Below are positions 55,704 through 64,000 of a stretch of 64,000 bases of DNA, one piece after another. Where the stretch lies: contig JAFVRE010000051.1 in the NCBI GenBank assembly GCA_017504465.1, positions 5,218 to 69,217 on the forward strand, given 5' to 3'. Made by a program: the position numbers and the translations under genes. Under the pieces are notes generated by a model. It was not told the origin of the DNA, did not search any database, and saw only the letters and a list, made by a program, of their open reading frames with translations. The stretch comes from Clostridia bacterium (GTDB taxonomy: Bacteria; Bacillota; Clostridia; Christensenellales; Borkfalkiaceae). Position 1 is the stretch's first letter; every line of letters begins with the position of its first letter.

Positions 55704-57083
55704 TTAATAGCGGAGTTTTTTAAGTCGGGATTTAATACTTTTAATACCTGCCCTAGCCGAAGCGCGGCTACTGCCGCCTACGCTCGTTCTTGCGTTTGCG
55801 GAATTTTTCGCTTTGACAACGCTCAAAATATCTTCTTCAAAGATTTCGCAGTGCATTTTATATTCAGCCAAAGACATATTTTCAAGCGTCTTATTTTCAT
55901 CTAAGCAATAACGCACGATTTTCCCAACGACGCCGTGCGCGGTACGGAAGGGTACGCCGCGTTTTGCAAGATAATCAGCAACGTCGGTTGCGCAGGTAAA
56001 ATCTTCCGCAGCGGCAATTTCCATACGCTTTACGTTGAGCGTAATTTGTTGAAGCATAGACGTATAGATTGCTATGCAGTCCTTCACCGTCTTTTCGGCG
56101 TCGAACAAGCCTTCCTTGTCCTCTTGGAAATCCTTATTATACGCAAGGGGAACCCCCTTAATCGTCGTTAAAATCGCCATCAAATGCCCGTAAACGCGAC
56201 CTGTTTTACCGCGCACAAGCTCGGAGATATCTGGATTTTTCTTTTGCGGCATAATCGACGAGCCCGTGGAATATGCGTCAGGCATTTCCCAAAATCCAAA
56301 TTCCGTCGAGGTATAGAGAATCGTGTCTTCGCAAAGACGGGAAAGATGCGCCATAACGAGCGAGCAGTCGAATAAATACTCCGCGACAAAATCTCTGTCG
56401 GAAACACCGTCAAGAGAGTTTTGGGATACGCAATCAAAGGCTAAAAGTTCGCGCGTAATTTCTCGGTCAATGGGATAACTCGTACCTGCCAAGGCGCCGC
56501 TGCCCAAAGGCATAACGTTGATACGCTTCAAACCGTCGCAAAATCTTTGCGCGTCGCGAAGGAACATTTCCGAATACGCATTGAAATATTGAGCGCAGTT
56601 AATCGGCTGCGCTTTACGCAAATGCGTGTAGCCGGGCATGATATGGTGAACGTGCTTTTGCGCCATGTCAACGAGGGTAGCAACAAGGTTTTTAAGCAAC
56701 GAAATAATCTCTTTGGAAGACTCTCTCACGTACAATCTGAAATCGGTAGCAACTTGGTCGTTGCGGCTTCTTGCGGTGTGTAAACGCTTACCTGCCTCCC
56801 CGATTCTGCAAACGAGCTCGTTTTCCACGAAGGAATGAATGTCCTCTTGTCCCTCGATAATAAGCGTTCCGTTTTCAATGTCGGAAAGAATCCCCTTCAA
56901 CCCGTCGTGGATAGCGATTTTGTCACTTTCAGAGATTACGTTACAACGGCACAGCATTTCCGAGTGCGCGAGAGAGGCGGTAATATCCGCTTTATAGAGT
57001 TTTTTGTCGAAAGAAAGAGATTCGTTAAACGCATCGGCGTCCGCCGCAATCGGCGTAGCGAATCTGCCTTGCCATAATTTCAT
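55704..57083 (-). CDS. argH: argininosuccinate lyase
   Basis: Fumarate-lyase signature GSSIMPQKKNP, TARSRNDQV motif. Confidence 0.95.
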   Translation of the reverse strand: MKLWQGRFATPIAADADAFNESLSFDKKLYKADITASLAHSEMLCRCNVISESDKIAIHDGLKGILSDIENGTLIIEGQEDIHSFVENELVCRIGEAGKRLHTARSRNDQVATDFRLYVRESSKEIISLLKNLVATLVDMAQKHVHHIMPGYTHLRKAQPINCAQYFNAYSEMFLRDAQRFCDGLKRINVMPLGSGALAGTSYPIDREITRELLAFDCVSQNSLDGVSDRDFVAEYLFDCSLVMAHLSRLCEDTILYTSTEFGFWEMPDAYSTGSSIMPQKKNPDISELVRGKTGRVYGHLMAILTTIKGVPLAYNKDFQEDKEGLFDAEKTVKDCIAIYTSMLQQITLNVKRMEIAAAEDFTCATDVADYLAKRGVPFRTAHGVVGKIVRYCLDENKTLENMSLAEYKMHCEIFEEDILSVVKAKNSANARTSVGGSSRASARAGIKSIKSRLKKLRY

Positions 57084-57142
57084 ATTTTTTCTTCCTTTTT
57101 ATAAGAGTTTTCAAACTTTTGGTCGCATTCGTCTATTTCGAC

Positions 57143-57171
57143 TTGACATTTTTCCGCTTTTGCGTTAAAAT
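57143..57171 (+). promoter_or_regulatory. promoter of ruvC
   Basis: TTGACA, 17-nt spacer, TAAAAT. The divergent argH promoter TTGATA-17-TACAAT lies at 57191-57219 on the minus strand. Confidence 0.6.
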
Positions 57172-57325
57172 AGAAATAGCGATTATTTATATTGTACATT
57201 TTTTTCATTCTTTTATCAAGTATTTTGCGCCTTGAAAACGCAAGTATTTCAAGCATTTAGGCATAATTTTTTTTCGCGAAATAATTTGTGTGGGATTGAG
57301 AAAAAATCAAGTAGGGAAAGGCAAG

Positions 57326-58030
57326 ATGATTATTTTAGGCATAGACCCCGGTATAGCGACGCTTGGCTTTGGGGTAATTGAAAAAGACAATAACGGCGTA
57401 TGCAAGGCAGTCGATTACGGCGTCGTAAAAACGCCCAAAGAAGAAAGCTTGCCCGTCCGTCTTGCCATACTCGAAGAGGGCGTAACCAAGGTTATTGAGA
57501 AATATAAGCCCGATGAAATCGCAATGGAAGAACTGTTTTTTACCAAAAACATCACTACAGGTATCGCGGTAGCGCACGCAAGAGGGGTTGCCATGCTTTG
57601 CGCGGTCAAGCATTGTGGAAAACTTTTCGAATACACCCCTATGCAAATCAAACAAGCGCTCACAGGCTACGGTAGAGCGGATAAGCAACAAATTCAACAA
57701 GTCGTAGCGTCGCTTTTGAAACTCAAATCCATTCCCAAACCCGACGACGCGGCGGACGCGCTTGCGATTGCGCTGTGTCAAGCCTTCACTTCTCGGTTTA
57801 ATAATCTATTCGCGGTTGGGAACACGACGAGAACGCAGGGCAACAATGCCGTTTCAGGCAGTAGCTTTGCAGAGCTGATGGCGGAAGAAGAAAAACGCTC
57901 GAAAAAATCTAAACCCAAAGCCGCATTTTCCAGCGCGACAAGCGCAAACGCTCTGTTTAAAAGTACGGGTTTAAGCGGAATTACGGGCGTGGGCAGGGCT
58001 GGTTCAATAAAGCCAAGCGATAAAAAATAA
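57326..58030 (+). CDS. ruvC: Holliday junction resolvase RuvC with an ~80-aa low-complexity C-terminal extension
   Basis: N-terminal ILGIDPG, catalytic E(E)LFF and DAADALAIA motifs. Confidence 0.88.
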   Translation: MIILGIDPGIATLGFGVIEKDNNGVCKAVDYGVVKTPKEESLPVRLAILEEGVTKVIEKYKPDEIAMEELFFTKNITTGIAVAHARGVAMLCAVKHCGKLFEYTPMQIKQALTGYGRADKQQIQQVVASLLKLKSIPKPDDAADALAIALCQAFTSRFNNLFAVGNTTRTQGNNAVSGSSFAELMAEEEKRSKKSKPKAAFSSATSANALFKSTGLSGITGVGRAGSIKPSDKK

Positions 58031-58048
58031 ATACGGAGTAAATAAACA

Positions 58049-58654
58049 ATGATAGCGTATTTAAGAGGAAAAGTAATGGCAATCACCGACGAAACGGTGA
58101 TTTTAGATGTGAACGGAGTAGGGTATGAAGCGTATTGCTCTGGCGAAGCCTTCCGTAAAACTTCCATCGGCGAAATAGCGGAACTTTATACCTATTTACA
58201 GGTCAAAGAAGACGGCGTTACGCTGTTCGGATTCGCGTCGCCAAAGGAAAAGGAATTGTTTTTAAAAGTCACGAGCGTTTCGGGCGTGGGCCCTAAACTC
58301 GGCATTTCTATCCTGACGGGTATGAGCGCGGACGAAGTCGCGATAGCCATTCAGACGGCGGACGTAAAACGCCTGAGCGCAGTCAAGGGCTTGGGCAAAA
58401 AGACGGCGGAAAAGCTCGTACTTGAATTACACGGCAAGATTTCCGCAGCGGAAGTAATGAGCGCAAGCGGAGAAAATCCTGTTAGTGTTTCAAATACCGA
58501 AAAACTTTCGCCTATTGACGAAGACGCGGTTGAGGCGTTGATGGGATTAGGGTTTAGCAAATCGGAAAGCGTTCAGGCAGTCAAACGCGCCAAAGACCAA
58601 GGCGCGAAAAGCGTGGAAGATATCATTATGCGAGCTCTGCAAGGCGGCTTTTAA
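58049..58654 (+). CDS. ruvA: Holliday junction branch migration complex subunit RuvA
   Basis: MIAYLRGKV N-terminus, two HhH motifs (VSGVGPK; VKGLGKKTAEK). Confidence 0.92.
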   Translation: MIAYLRGKVMAITDETVILDVNGVGYEAYCSGEAFRKTSIGEIAELYTYLQVKEDGVTLFGFASPKEKELFLKVTSVSGVGPKLGISILTGMSADEVAIAIQTADVKRLSAVKGLGKKTAEKLVLELHGKISAAEVMSASGENPVSVSNTEKLSPIDEDAVEALMGLGFSKSESVQAVKRAKDQGAKSVEDIIMRALQGGF

Positions 58655-58750
58655 ACTGTTGGTTATCTATGCGTTTCTGCGTTGTCGTTCGGCTGCGCAC
58701 CACGCGTACGCTCCTTCGCTCCGCTTTGACTTGCTTGTATAACCAAGCTG
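58655..58750 (+). repeat. post-stop-codon repeat element, copy after ruvA
   Basis: Shares cgcgtacgctcc and tttgacttgcttgta with the proS and pcrA copies, and gctccttcgctccgctttg with the queA copy. Confidence 0.65.
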
Positions 58751-58784
58751 AAATTCACACTGATGAAACCAAAAGGACGATATT

Positions 58785-59837
58785 ATGTTTGATGAAGAAT
58801 ATGAAAAAGAAGACCTTATCGTAAGCACGAAAACGGAGTACGACGCCGAAGAAAACGTGCTTAGACCAAAGACCATGGCGGACTACGTCGGTCAGCAAAA
58901 GGTCAAAGAAAATTTAGACGTATATATCTCGGCGGCGAAACATCGCGGCGAGGCGCTTGACCACGTGCTTTTATACGGTCCTCCCGGATTAGGAAAAACC
59001 ACGCTCGCGCATATTATTGCGAACGAGCTTGGCGTTTCCATTAAACTCACGAGCGGACCTGCCATTGAGCGTTCAGGGGATTTGGCGGCAATTTTGACAA
59101 ACCTCAACGAAGGCGACGTTTTGTTTATCGACGAAATCCACCGCTTGAACCGTTCGGTAGAAGAAATTTTATATTCCGCGATGGAAGATTACGCGCTCGA
59201 TATTATCGTCGGTAAAGGCCCGTCTGCGAGAAATATCCGTTTCTCGCTCAAAAAATTCACGCTGATCGGCGCGACGACAAGGGCAGGTATGCTTGCATCG
59301 CCCTTACGTGACCGTTTTGGAATCATCAACCGTCTTGAAATGTACACGCCCGACGAATTAACGCAAATCGTAACCCGTTCTGCAAACGCGTTGGGAATTG
59401 AAATCGACGGGGCAGGTGCGAGAGAAATCGCTTGCCGCAGCCGCGGAACCCCGAGAATTGCCAACCGTTTATTAAAGCGCGTTCGCGACTTTTCCATTGT
59501 AAACGGCAGCGCGGTAGTTACCCGCGAAGACGCACGCTTTGCGCTTGGCAGATTAGAAATAGACGAGCTTGGCTTAGACGAAACCGACCGTAACTTACTC
59601 CGCGCGCTAATTGAAAAATTCGGCGGCGGTCCTGCGGGGCTTGAAACGCTGTCGGCGACTATAAACGAAGACGCAAACACCATCGAAGACGTTTACGAAC
59701 CTTACCTTTTACAGCTTGGATTTATCGCTCGTACGCCGCGCGGAAGAATTTGCTTAAAAGACGGCTACGCGCACATGGGCTACGAGCCGAGCATGAAAGC
59801 AAAACGCCAAATTTCCATTTTTGAGGACGCTGACTAA
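58785..59837 (+). CDS. ruvB: Holliday junction branch migration DNA helicase RuvB
   Basis: GPPGLGKTT Walker [26 protein letters not shown]. Confidence 0.96.
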   Translation: MFDEEYEKEDLIVSTKTEYDAEENVLRPKTMADYVGQQKVKENLDVYISAAKHRGEALDHVLLYGPPGLGKTTLAHIIANELGVSIKLTSGPAIERSGDLAAILTNLNEGDVLFIDEIHRLNRSVEEILYSAMEDYALDIIVGKGPSARNIRFSLKKFTLIGATTRAGMLASPLRDRFGIINRLEMYTPDELTQIVTRSANALGIEIDGAGAREIACRSRGTPRIANRLLKRVRDFSIVNGSAVVTREDARFALGRLEIDELGLDETDRNLLRALIEKFGGGPAGLETLSATINEDANTIEDVYEPYLLQLGFIARTPRGRICLKDGYAHMGYEPSMKAKRQISIFEDAD

Positions 59838-60880
59838 TGGACGCAAAAGAAAAAATACAGTACAAAAAAAGTGATTTTTATTACGATTTGCCCGAGCGAT
59901 TAATCGCGCAAACGCCTGCCATGCCGAGAGATTCTTCTCGGCTTTTGGTCTACCATACAGCAGAAAAACGTATCGAAAATAAAATTTTCCGCGACGTTAT
60001 TGACTACTTAAACGAAGGCGACGTGCTCGTCGTCAACAACACGAAAGTTATCCCCGCAAGAATGTATGCAACAACGGAGCATGGGGGCATGGTCGAGGTT
60101 TTGCTCTTAAAACGCTACGATTTAAACACGTGGGAAGTGCTTATGCGTCCCGGGAAAAAAGGCAAAATCGGCGTTAAAATGAAGATTTCCGACGAGCTTT
60201 CTTTTACGGTCAAAGACGTTACGGAAACGGGCGAAAGAATTATTGAATTTGAATGGGAAGGCGTTTTTGAAGACGTACTTTCCAAAGTCGGTACAATGCC
60301 CTTGCCTCCCTATATCAAGGAAAAGCTTGCCGATCAATCAAGATATAACACGGTGTATAGCAAAATAGACGGCTCTGCTGCAGCGCCGACAGCGGGCTTG
60401 CATTTTACGCCCGAACTTTTGCAAAAAATCAAAGCCAAGGGCGTGCAGGTCGCCGAAGTGTTACTCCACGTAGGATTAGGCACCTTCCGTCCAGTTAGTG
60501 AAGATATTATCACCGACCATAAAATGCACTCCGAATACTATTCAATCGGCGAAGAATCGGCGGAGATTATCAACAAAGCAAAACGCGAAGGAAGAAGGGT
60601 AATCGCAGTTGGCACGACGTCCGTGCGCACTCTCGAAAGCGTGGCAAACGAAGGGGGCATGGTCGAGGCGAAGAGCGGAAACACCGAAATTTTCCTCTAT
60701 CCGCCCTATAAGATGAAATGCGTTGACGCGCTCATCACCAACTTCCATTTACCCGAATCTACCTTGATTATGTTAGTATCCTGCTTGACCGGCAGAGAAG
60801 AAATCCTGTCAGTGTACGAATATGCAGTGGAAAACGAGTACCGCTTTTTCAGTTTTGGCGACAGTATGCTAATCGTATAG
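59837..60880 (+). CDS. queA: tRNA preQ1(34) S-adenosylmethionine ribosyltransferase-isomerase
   Basis: DFDYDLPE-like start FYYDLPERLIAQ, GTTSVRTLES, NFHLPEST motifs. Confidence 0.95.
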   Translation: MDAKEKIQYKKSDFYYDLPERLIAQTPAMPRDSSRLLVYHTAEKRIENKIFRDVIDYLNEGDVLVVNNTKVIPARMYATTEHGGMVEVLLLKRYDLNTWEVLMRPGKKGKIGVKMKISDELSFTVKDVTETGERIIEFEWEGVFEDVLSKVGTMPLPPYIKEKLADQSRYNTVYSKIDGSAAAPTAGLHFTPELLQKIKAKGVQVAEVLLHVGLGTFRPVSEDIITDHKMHSEYYSIGEESAEIINKAKREGRRVIAVGTTSVRTLESVANEGGMVEAKSGNTEIFLYPPYKMKCVDALITNFHLPESTLIMLVSCLTGREEILSVYEYAVENEYRFFSFGDSMLIV

Positions 60881-60965
60881 GCGTCGCCTCTCCAATTAGC
60901 ATTTCGCCTTGAAGAGCTATCGGTATGCTCCTTTGCGCCGCTTTGTCTTTCTCGGTTCTAACCCC
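60881..60965 (+). repeat. post-stop-codon repeat element, copy after queA
   Basis: tatgctcctttgcgccgctttgtctttctcggttctaacc resembles gtacgctccttcgctccgctttgacttgcttgtataacc at 58700. Confidence 0.6.
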
Positions 60966-61011
60966 AAATAATTTAACGGCAAAAAGCAAATATTTTAGAT
61001 ATATTTTAACA

Positions 61012-61040
61012 CGCTCGTCTTTTCAAAGACGAGTTTTTCT
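61012..61040 (+). terminator. rho-independent terminator after queA
   Basis: Stem ctcgtct/agacgag followed by a T5 run. Confidence 0.8.
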
Positions 61041-61060
61041 TATTTTCCGGCAGAAAGGGA

Positions 61061-61089
61061 TTGATTTTTATAAAAAGCTATGATATAAT
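61061..61089 (+). promoter_or_regulatory. promoter of the terminal LRR gene
   Basis: TTGATT, 17-nt spacer, TGA-TATAAT. Confidence 0.6.
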
Positions 61090-61175
61090 ATAAGATACGC
61101 ATGGCGCGCCTTCTTTGTTGTTGTACAACAAAGAAGAGCTTTTAAAAGAAAATCTTATCATTGTGAGGAAAACGT

Positions 61176-64000
61176 ATGTCGTTAGACCTTTTTCAAATGG
61201 AATGTCAAAATTGCGGCGCGATAATGGATCGCGACAATGCCGTTCGCGGTGTGCTCCGTTGTGAGTATTGTCGTAGAAGCTACGTCTTACCCAAAGAAGA
61301 CCAAGTTTCCGAAGTGCTCGTCGAATTAGAGCTTGGTAAAACAAATCTCAACGCCTGCGCGTTCACCAAAGCATACGGTGCGTATGCAAAAGCCGTCGAG
61401 CTTGATCCCAGCGAGCCCGAGGGATATTTTGGTATGGCGCTTGCTGAGAATAAAATTCAGTATTTAAAGGACGTGGTGCTCGATAAGCTTACCCCCGTTC
61501 GTTACGAAAGAAGCGGCGGAAAGTTTTCCGAAAACGCACATTATAAAAAGGCGGTTTCGCTGGCTACGAAGGAACAGGCGAGTGTGTATAAGGAATACGC
61601 CAAGGAAATCGACGAAGTGTTTGCCGAGTTTGAAAAATTATATTCGGCAGGCGCGGAATACGATTGCTATTTAGGTGCGCCCGCTGACGACAAATGCGAA
61701 GAGCAAAAGGTAGTTTCCGAGCTTTATGAAAGGCTGAAAACGGACGGCTATAAACCTTTCTCGTCTCGCGAAGAGAAAAAGCGCTTTCCCAAGTTTTCCT
61801 CTTCCGTCCTTGAACTGTTCGCGCTCGTCAGCGCAAAGTGTTTCGTGACCGTTTGTTTTGACGAAGGGAAATTAAAAAACAAAGAATTTAGAAATAGCTA
61901 TTCGAGATTTATCGACGTCAATAAATCGGTACGTAAACCCAAAAACAACTTGACTGTTTTGTTCAAGGATAAGCCCGTTGAACAAATCCCCGGCATTTAC
62001 GGTAAATTGCAAGGTATCCGTTACGGCGACGCATTCGCTTACCGCGATTTAACCAGATACGTGGACGTAATGCTCGGCAGAGTCAAACCTGCGACCGAGG
62101 GTATGAACAAGCGTAAAATCGGCGCGATTGCGGCGGCGGCAGCCGTACTTGTAATCGGCGGTACGGTCACAGGTATCGTGCTCGGCACGCAAAATGACAA
62201 CGGAACGCAAGGCGGCGGAACAAAACCTGCGGAATTCGTATATACCGAAAACGGCACGGACGGCTACAAACTCAGTTCGGTTGTACTCAATGGCAATACG
62301 ACGCTCGTTTTGCCCGGCGAATATAACGGCTTGCCCGTCACTGCAATCGGAGAGGCCGCGCTCAGCGGTTGTTCGGATTTGACAAAACTGACCTTGCCCG
62401 ATTGCTTACTTTCTATCGGCGATAACGCCTTTTCAAATTGTAGTAAGCTCAGCGAAATCGTTTTACCTCAAAATCTCGTTCAAATCGGCGATAACGCCTT
62501 TTCGGGCTGTTCTTCTCTTTCCGAAATCGTATTGCCGTCAAGCTTAACCAACCTCGGAGACGGCGCGTTCAACGGTTGTACTTCGTTGACTTCCTTCGTC
62601 TTACCGCAAACGCTCAGCGCGCTTGGTGGCGGAGTATTTTCAGGCTGTTCTTCGCTTGAAAGTTTGAACGTGGATTTTGGCTTAGTCGATTACACGTTCG
62701 GCGGATTTTTCGGTACGGAATATTTCAGCGGTTCAACCGCAGTTTATCAAAGAAATACCGCTTACTATTTACCCGACTCTCTCAAAACTGTAACGGTTAC
62801 GGGGGAAGATTTACCCTTTGGCGCATTCCAAAACTGCGCGAAGTTGACCGCCGTTCATTTTACGGGCGAAGTAAGCGCTATCCCCAACAACGCCTTCCAA
62901 GGTTGCTCGGCTCTTACGGGTTTGACCTTACCCCAAACGCTGACGGAAGTGGGAATCGGCGCTTTTAAGGACTGTTCTTCGCTGGAACAAATCCAGCTTT
63001 CCGAGCTGGTTGCAACGGTTGGAAACGAAGCGTTTATGAACTGTTCTTCCCTCGCGTCCGCGTCCATTTTAAACGATTCGGTTACTATCGGCGAAGACGT
63101 ATTTTACGGTTGTACGGAGTTAAAGACCTTAACCGCGCCCTGCAACATGAAAAAGCTTGCCGAATACTTTGGCAGGGAATCCATACCCCAAACAACCCCC
63201 ATCGAGTTCGAGACGGTTACTTATTATGTTCCCGCGCTTGAAAAGGTAACCTTAATCGGTGAGAAAATCGTTGAAAAAGGGGTATATGGGTTCGTAAATT
63301 TAAAAGAAGCGAACTTGTCTTCGGACTTGACTGAAATCGGCGAGCAAGCCTTTTTGAACTGCGTATCCCTTCAAGGCGTGGATTTCACACACGTCACGTC
63401 GATAGGGGATAAGGCGTTCGAGGACTGTACTTCGATTACCCAAATCGAACTCCCCACGACCATTCAAAACTACGGCGCAGAAATTTTTAAAGGCTGTTCG
63501 GAAATTGAAAATCTCACGTTCTCGTTCTTTAACGGCAACGATACGTTTGGAAACTTATTCGAAAAAACACAAGCGACGGGCTCACCTGAACCTGCGCCGA
63601 TCAGCGAGTCGGAAATCACCTACGTATCCATACAGCGTGAAAACGGTGCGTATGCTTTACCTGTTTCTCTTTCTAACGTTTCCGTCATCGGTAACGTTCT
63701 TCCTGTAGGCGCGTTTGAAAATTGTTCGTTTATAGACAAAGTGAATTTGGGTTCTGAAATTTCTTCCATTCTCGCGAGAACTTTCTACGGCTGCACCGAG
63801 CTTACCAACTTCACGGCGGAAACGAAAATTACGAGCATTGGTTACGAAGCCTTTTACGAATGTGAAAGCTTGGTGGACTATCCGCTTTCCGAAAGCGCGA
63901 CCTTGCTCGGATATAGCGCCTTCTACGGCTGTAAAGCATTGAAGGAAATCTTTATCCCTACCGCCATTACTTACGTTTCAAATTCTACCTTCCAAAACTG
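61176..64000 (+). CDS. zinc-ribbon / TIR-like / single-TM / BspA-type LRR protein; 3' end outside the window; not in the supplied ORF track
   Basis: My own translation from the ATG at 61176 stays open to position 64000. It shows CQNCG...CEYC, then EYDCYLG...SAKCFVTVCF...SYSRF, then KRKIGAIAAAAAVLVIGGTVTGIVLG, then more than 20 LRR units (LP..L..IG..AF..C..L). Confidence 0.8.
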   Translation, partial: MSLDLFQMECQNCGAIMDRDNAVRGVLRCEYCRRSYVLPKEDQVSEVLVELELGKTNLNACAFTKAYGAYAKAVELDPSEPEGYFGMALAENKIQYLKDVVLDKLTPVRYERSGGKFSENAHYKKAVSLATKEQASVYKEYAKEIDEVFAEFEKLYSAGAEYDCYLGAPADDKCEEQKVVSELYERLKTDGYKPFSSREEKKRFPKFSSSVLELFALVSAKCFVTVCFDEGKLKNKEFRNSYSRFIDVNKSVRKPKNNLTVLFKDKPVEQIPGIYGKLQGIRYGDAFAYRDLTRYVDVMLGRVKPATEGMNKRKIGAIAAAAAVLVIGGTVTGIVLGTQNDNGTQGGGTKPAEFVYTENGTDGYKLSSVVLNGNTTLVLPGEYNGLPVTAIGEAALSGCSDLTKLTLPDCLLSIGDNAFSNCSKLSEIVLPQNLVQIGDNAFSGCSSLSEIVLPSSLTNLGDGAFNGCTSLTSFVLPQTLSALGGGVFSGCSSLESLNVDFGLVDYTFGGFFGTEYFSGSTAVYQRNTAYYLPDSLKTVTVTGEDLPFGAFQNCAKLTAVHFTGEVSAIPNNAFQGCSALTGLTLPQTLTEVGIGAFKDCSSLEQIQLSELVATVGNEAFMNCSSLASASILNDSVTIGEDVFYGCTELKTLTAPCNMKKLAEYFGRESIPQTTPIEFETVTYYVPALEKVTLIGEKIVEKGVYGFVNLKEANLSSDLTEIGEQAFLNCVSLQGVDFTHVTSIGDKAFEDCTSITQIELPTTIQNYGAEIFKGCSEIENLTFSFFNGNDTFGNLFEKTQATGSPEPAPISESEITYVSIQRENGAYALPVSLSNVSVIGNVLPVGAFENCSFIDKVNLGSEISSILARTFYGCTELTNFTAETKITSIGYEAFYECESLVDYPLSESATLLGYSAFYGCKALKEIFIPTAITYVSNSTFQN

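Noticed and set aside
57191-57260. ArgR/AhrC ARG box in the argH promoter region (gaatgaaaaaaatgtaca; cttgaaa-N9-tttcaag).
   Set aside because: There is only a partial resemblance to the 18-bp TNTGAATWWWWATTCANW consensus, and the half-site spacing is wrong.
1588-59291. Over-represented GGGCAGG-containing word as a KOPS (GGGNAGGG-like) or Chi-type polar signal.
   Set aside because: Orientations are roughly balanced (8 forward, 9 reverse) and interleaved along a region transcribed almost entirely in one direction. KOPS and Chi are strongly strand-skewed. This is kept as an alternative to test genome-wide.
59282-59291. Whether every copy of the word reflects selection at the DNA level.
   Set aside because: Some copies encode strongly conserved residues, such as RuvB GATTRAGM and the LigA zinc-finger RTCPAC. 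These may be present by coding constraint alone, so the enrichment estimate should be recomputed with a codon-aware null model.
61078-61344. 88-aa minus-strand ORF, and other short ORFs (62039-62257, 62194-62382, 62855-63067, 63505-63708) at the right end.
   Set aside because: All lie within, and out of frame or antisense to, the long open LRR reading frame that starts at 61176.

Overview
This 64-kb window looks like a chromosomal segment of a Firmicutes/Clostridia-like bacterium; that assignment is inferred from gene content and order only. Nearly all genes are on the + strand and tightly packed. In order they are:
- an ABC exporter 3' end, then pcrA-ligA and yicC-gmk-rpoZ-priA-def
- a four-helix-bundle gene cassette, then hemW, an M42 peptidase, a Nudix protein and a panE-like gene
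- gltX and cysK-cysE
- the pyrimidine operon pyrB-C-F-K-D-E
- trpS, an aldose-epimerase-like gene and proS
- an XRE-membrane protein followed by mcsA-mcsB-clpC
- the shikimate operon aroC-B-A-E-Q-K plus an SDR
- an accessory block (about 39.7-51.5 kb) holding orphan genes, a small XRE repressor, two BspA-type LRR lipoproteins, rpsB-tsf, and a minus-strand operon encoding a 215-aa protein and a 1356-aa surface protein with a C-terminal Hint domain
- mutY, an HNH-like gene, a flavoprotein, an acyltransferase and argH (-)
- ruvC-ruvA-ruvB-queA
- a long ORF that runs off the right edge and is absent from the supplied ORF track: zinc ribbon, TIR-like module, TM helix, LRR ectodomain

No rRNA, tRNA, CRISPR array, transposase or integrase was recognised.

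Main non-gene signals:
1. A 10-20 nt word (core GGCAGGTAYG) recurs 17 times exactly and about 10 more times with one mismatch. It occurs in both orientations, in several reading frames and in intergenic DNA.
2. The four-helix-bundle ORF is flanked by inverted arrays of CATGAATTG separated by small hairpins, resembling an rRNA intervening sequence (IVS).
3. A family of roughly 85-135 nt repeats starts directly after the stop codons of at least five genes.

All motif counts are hand scans and need computational confirmation.
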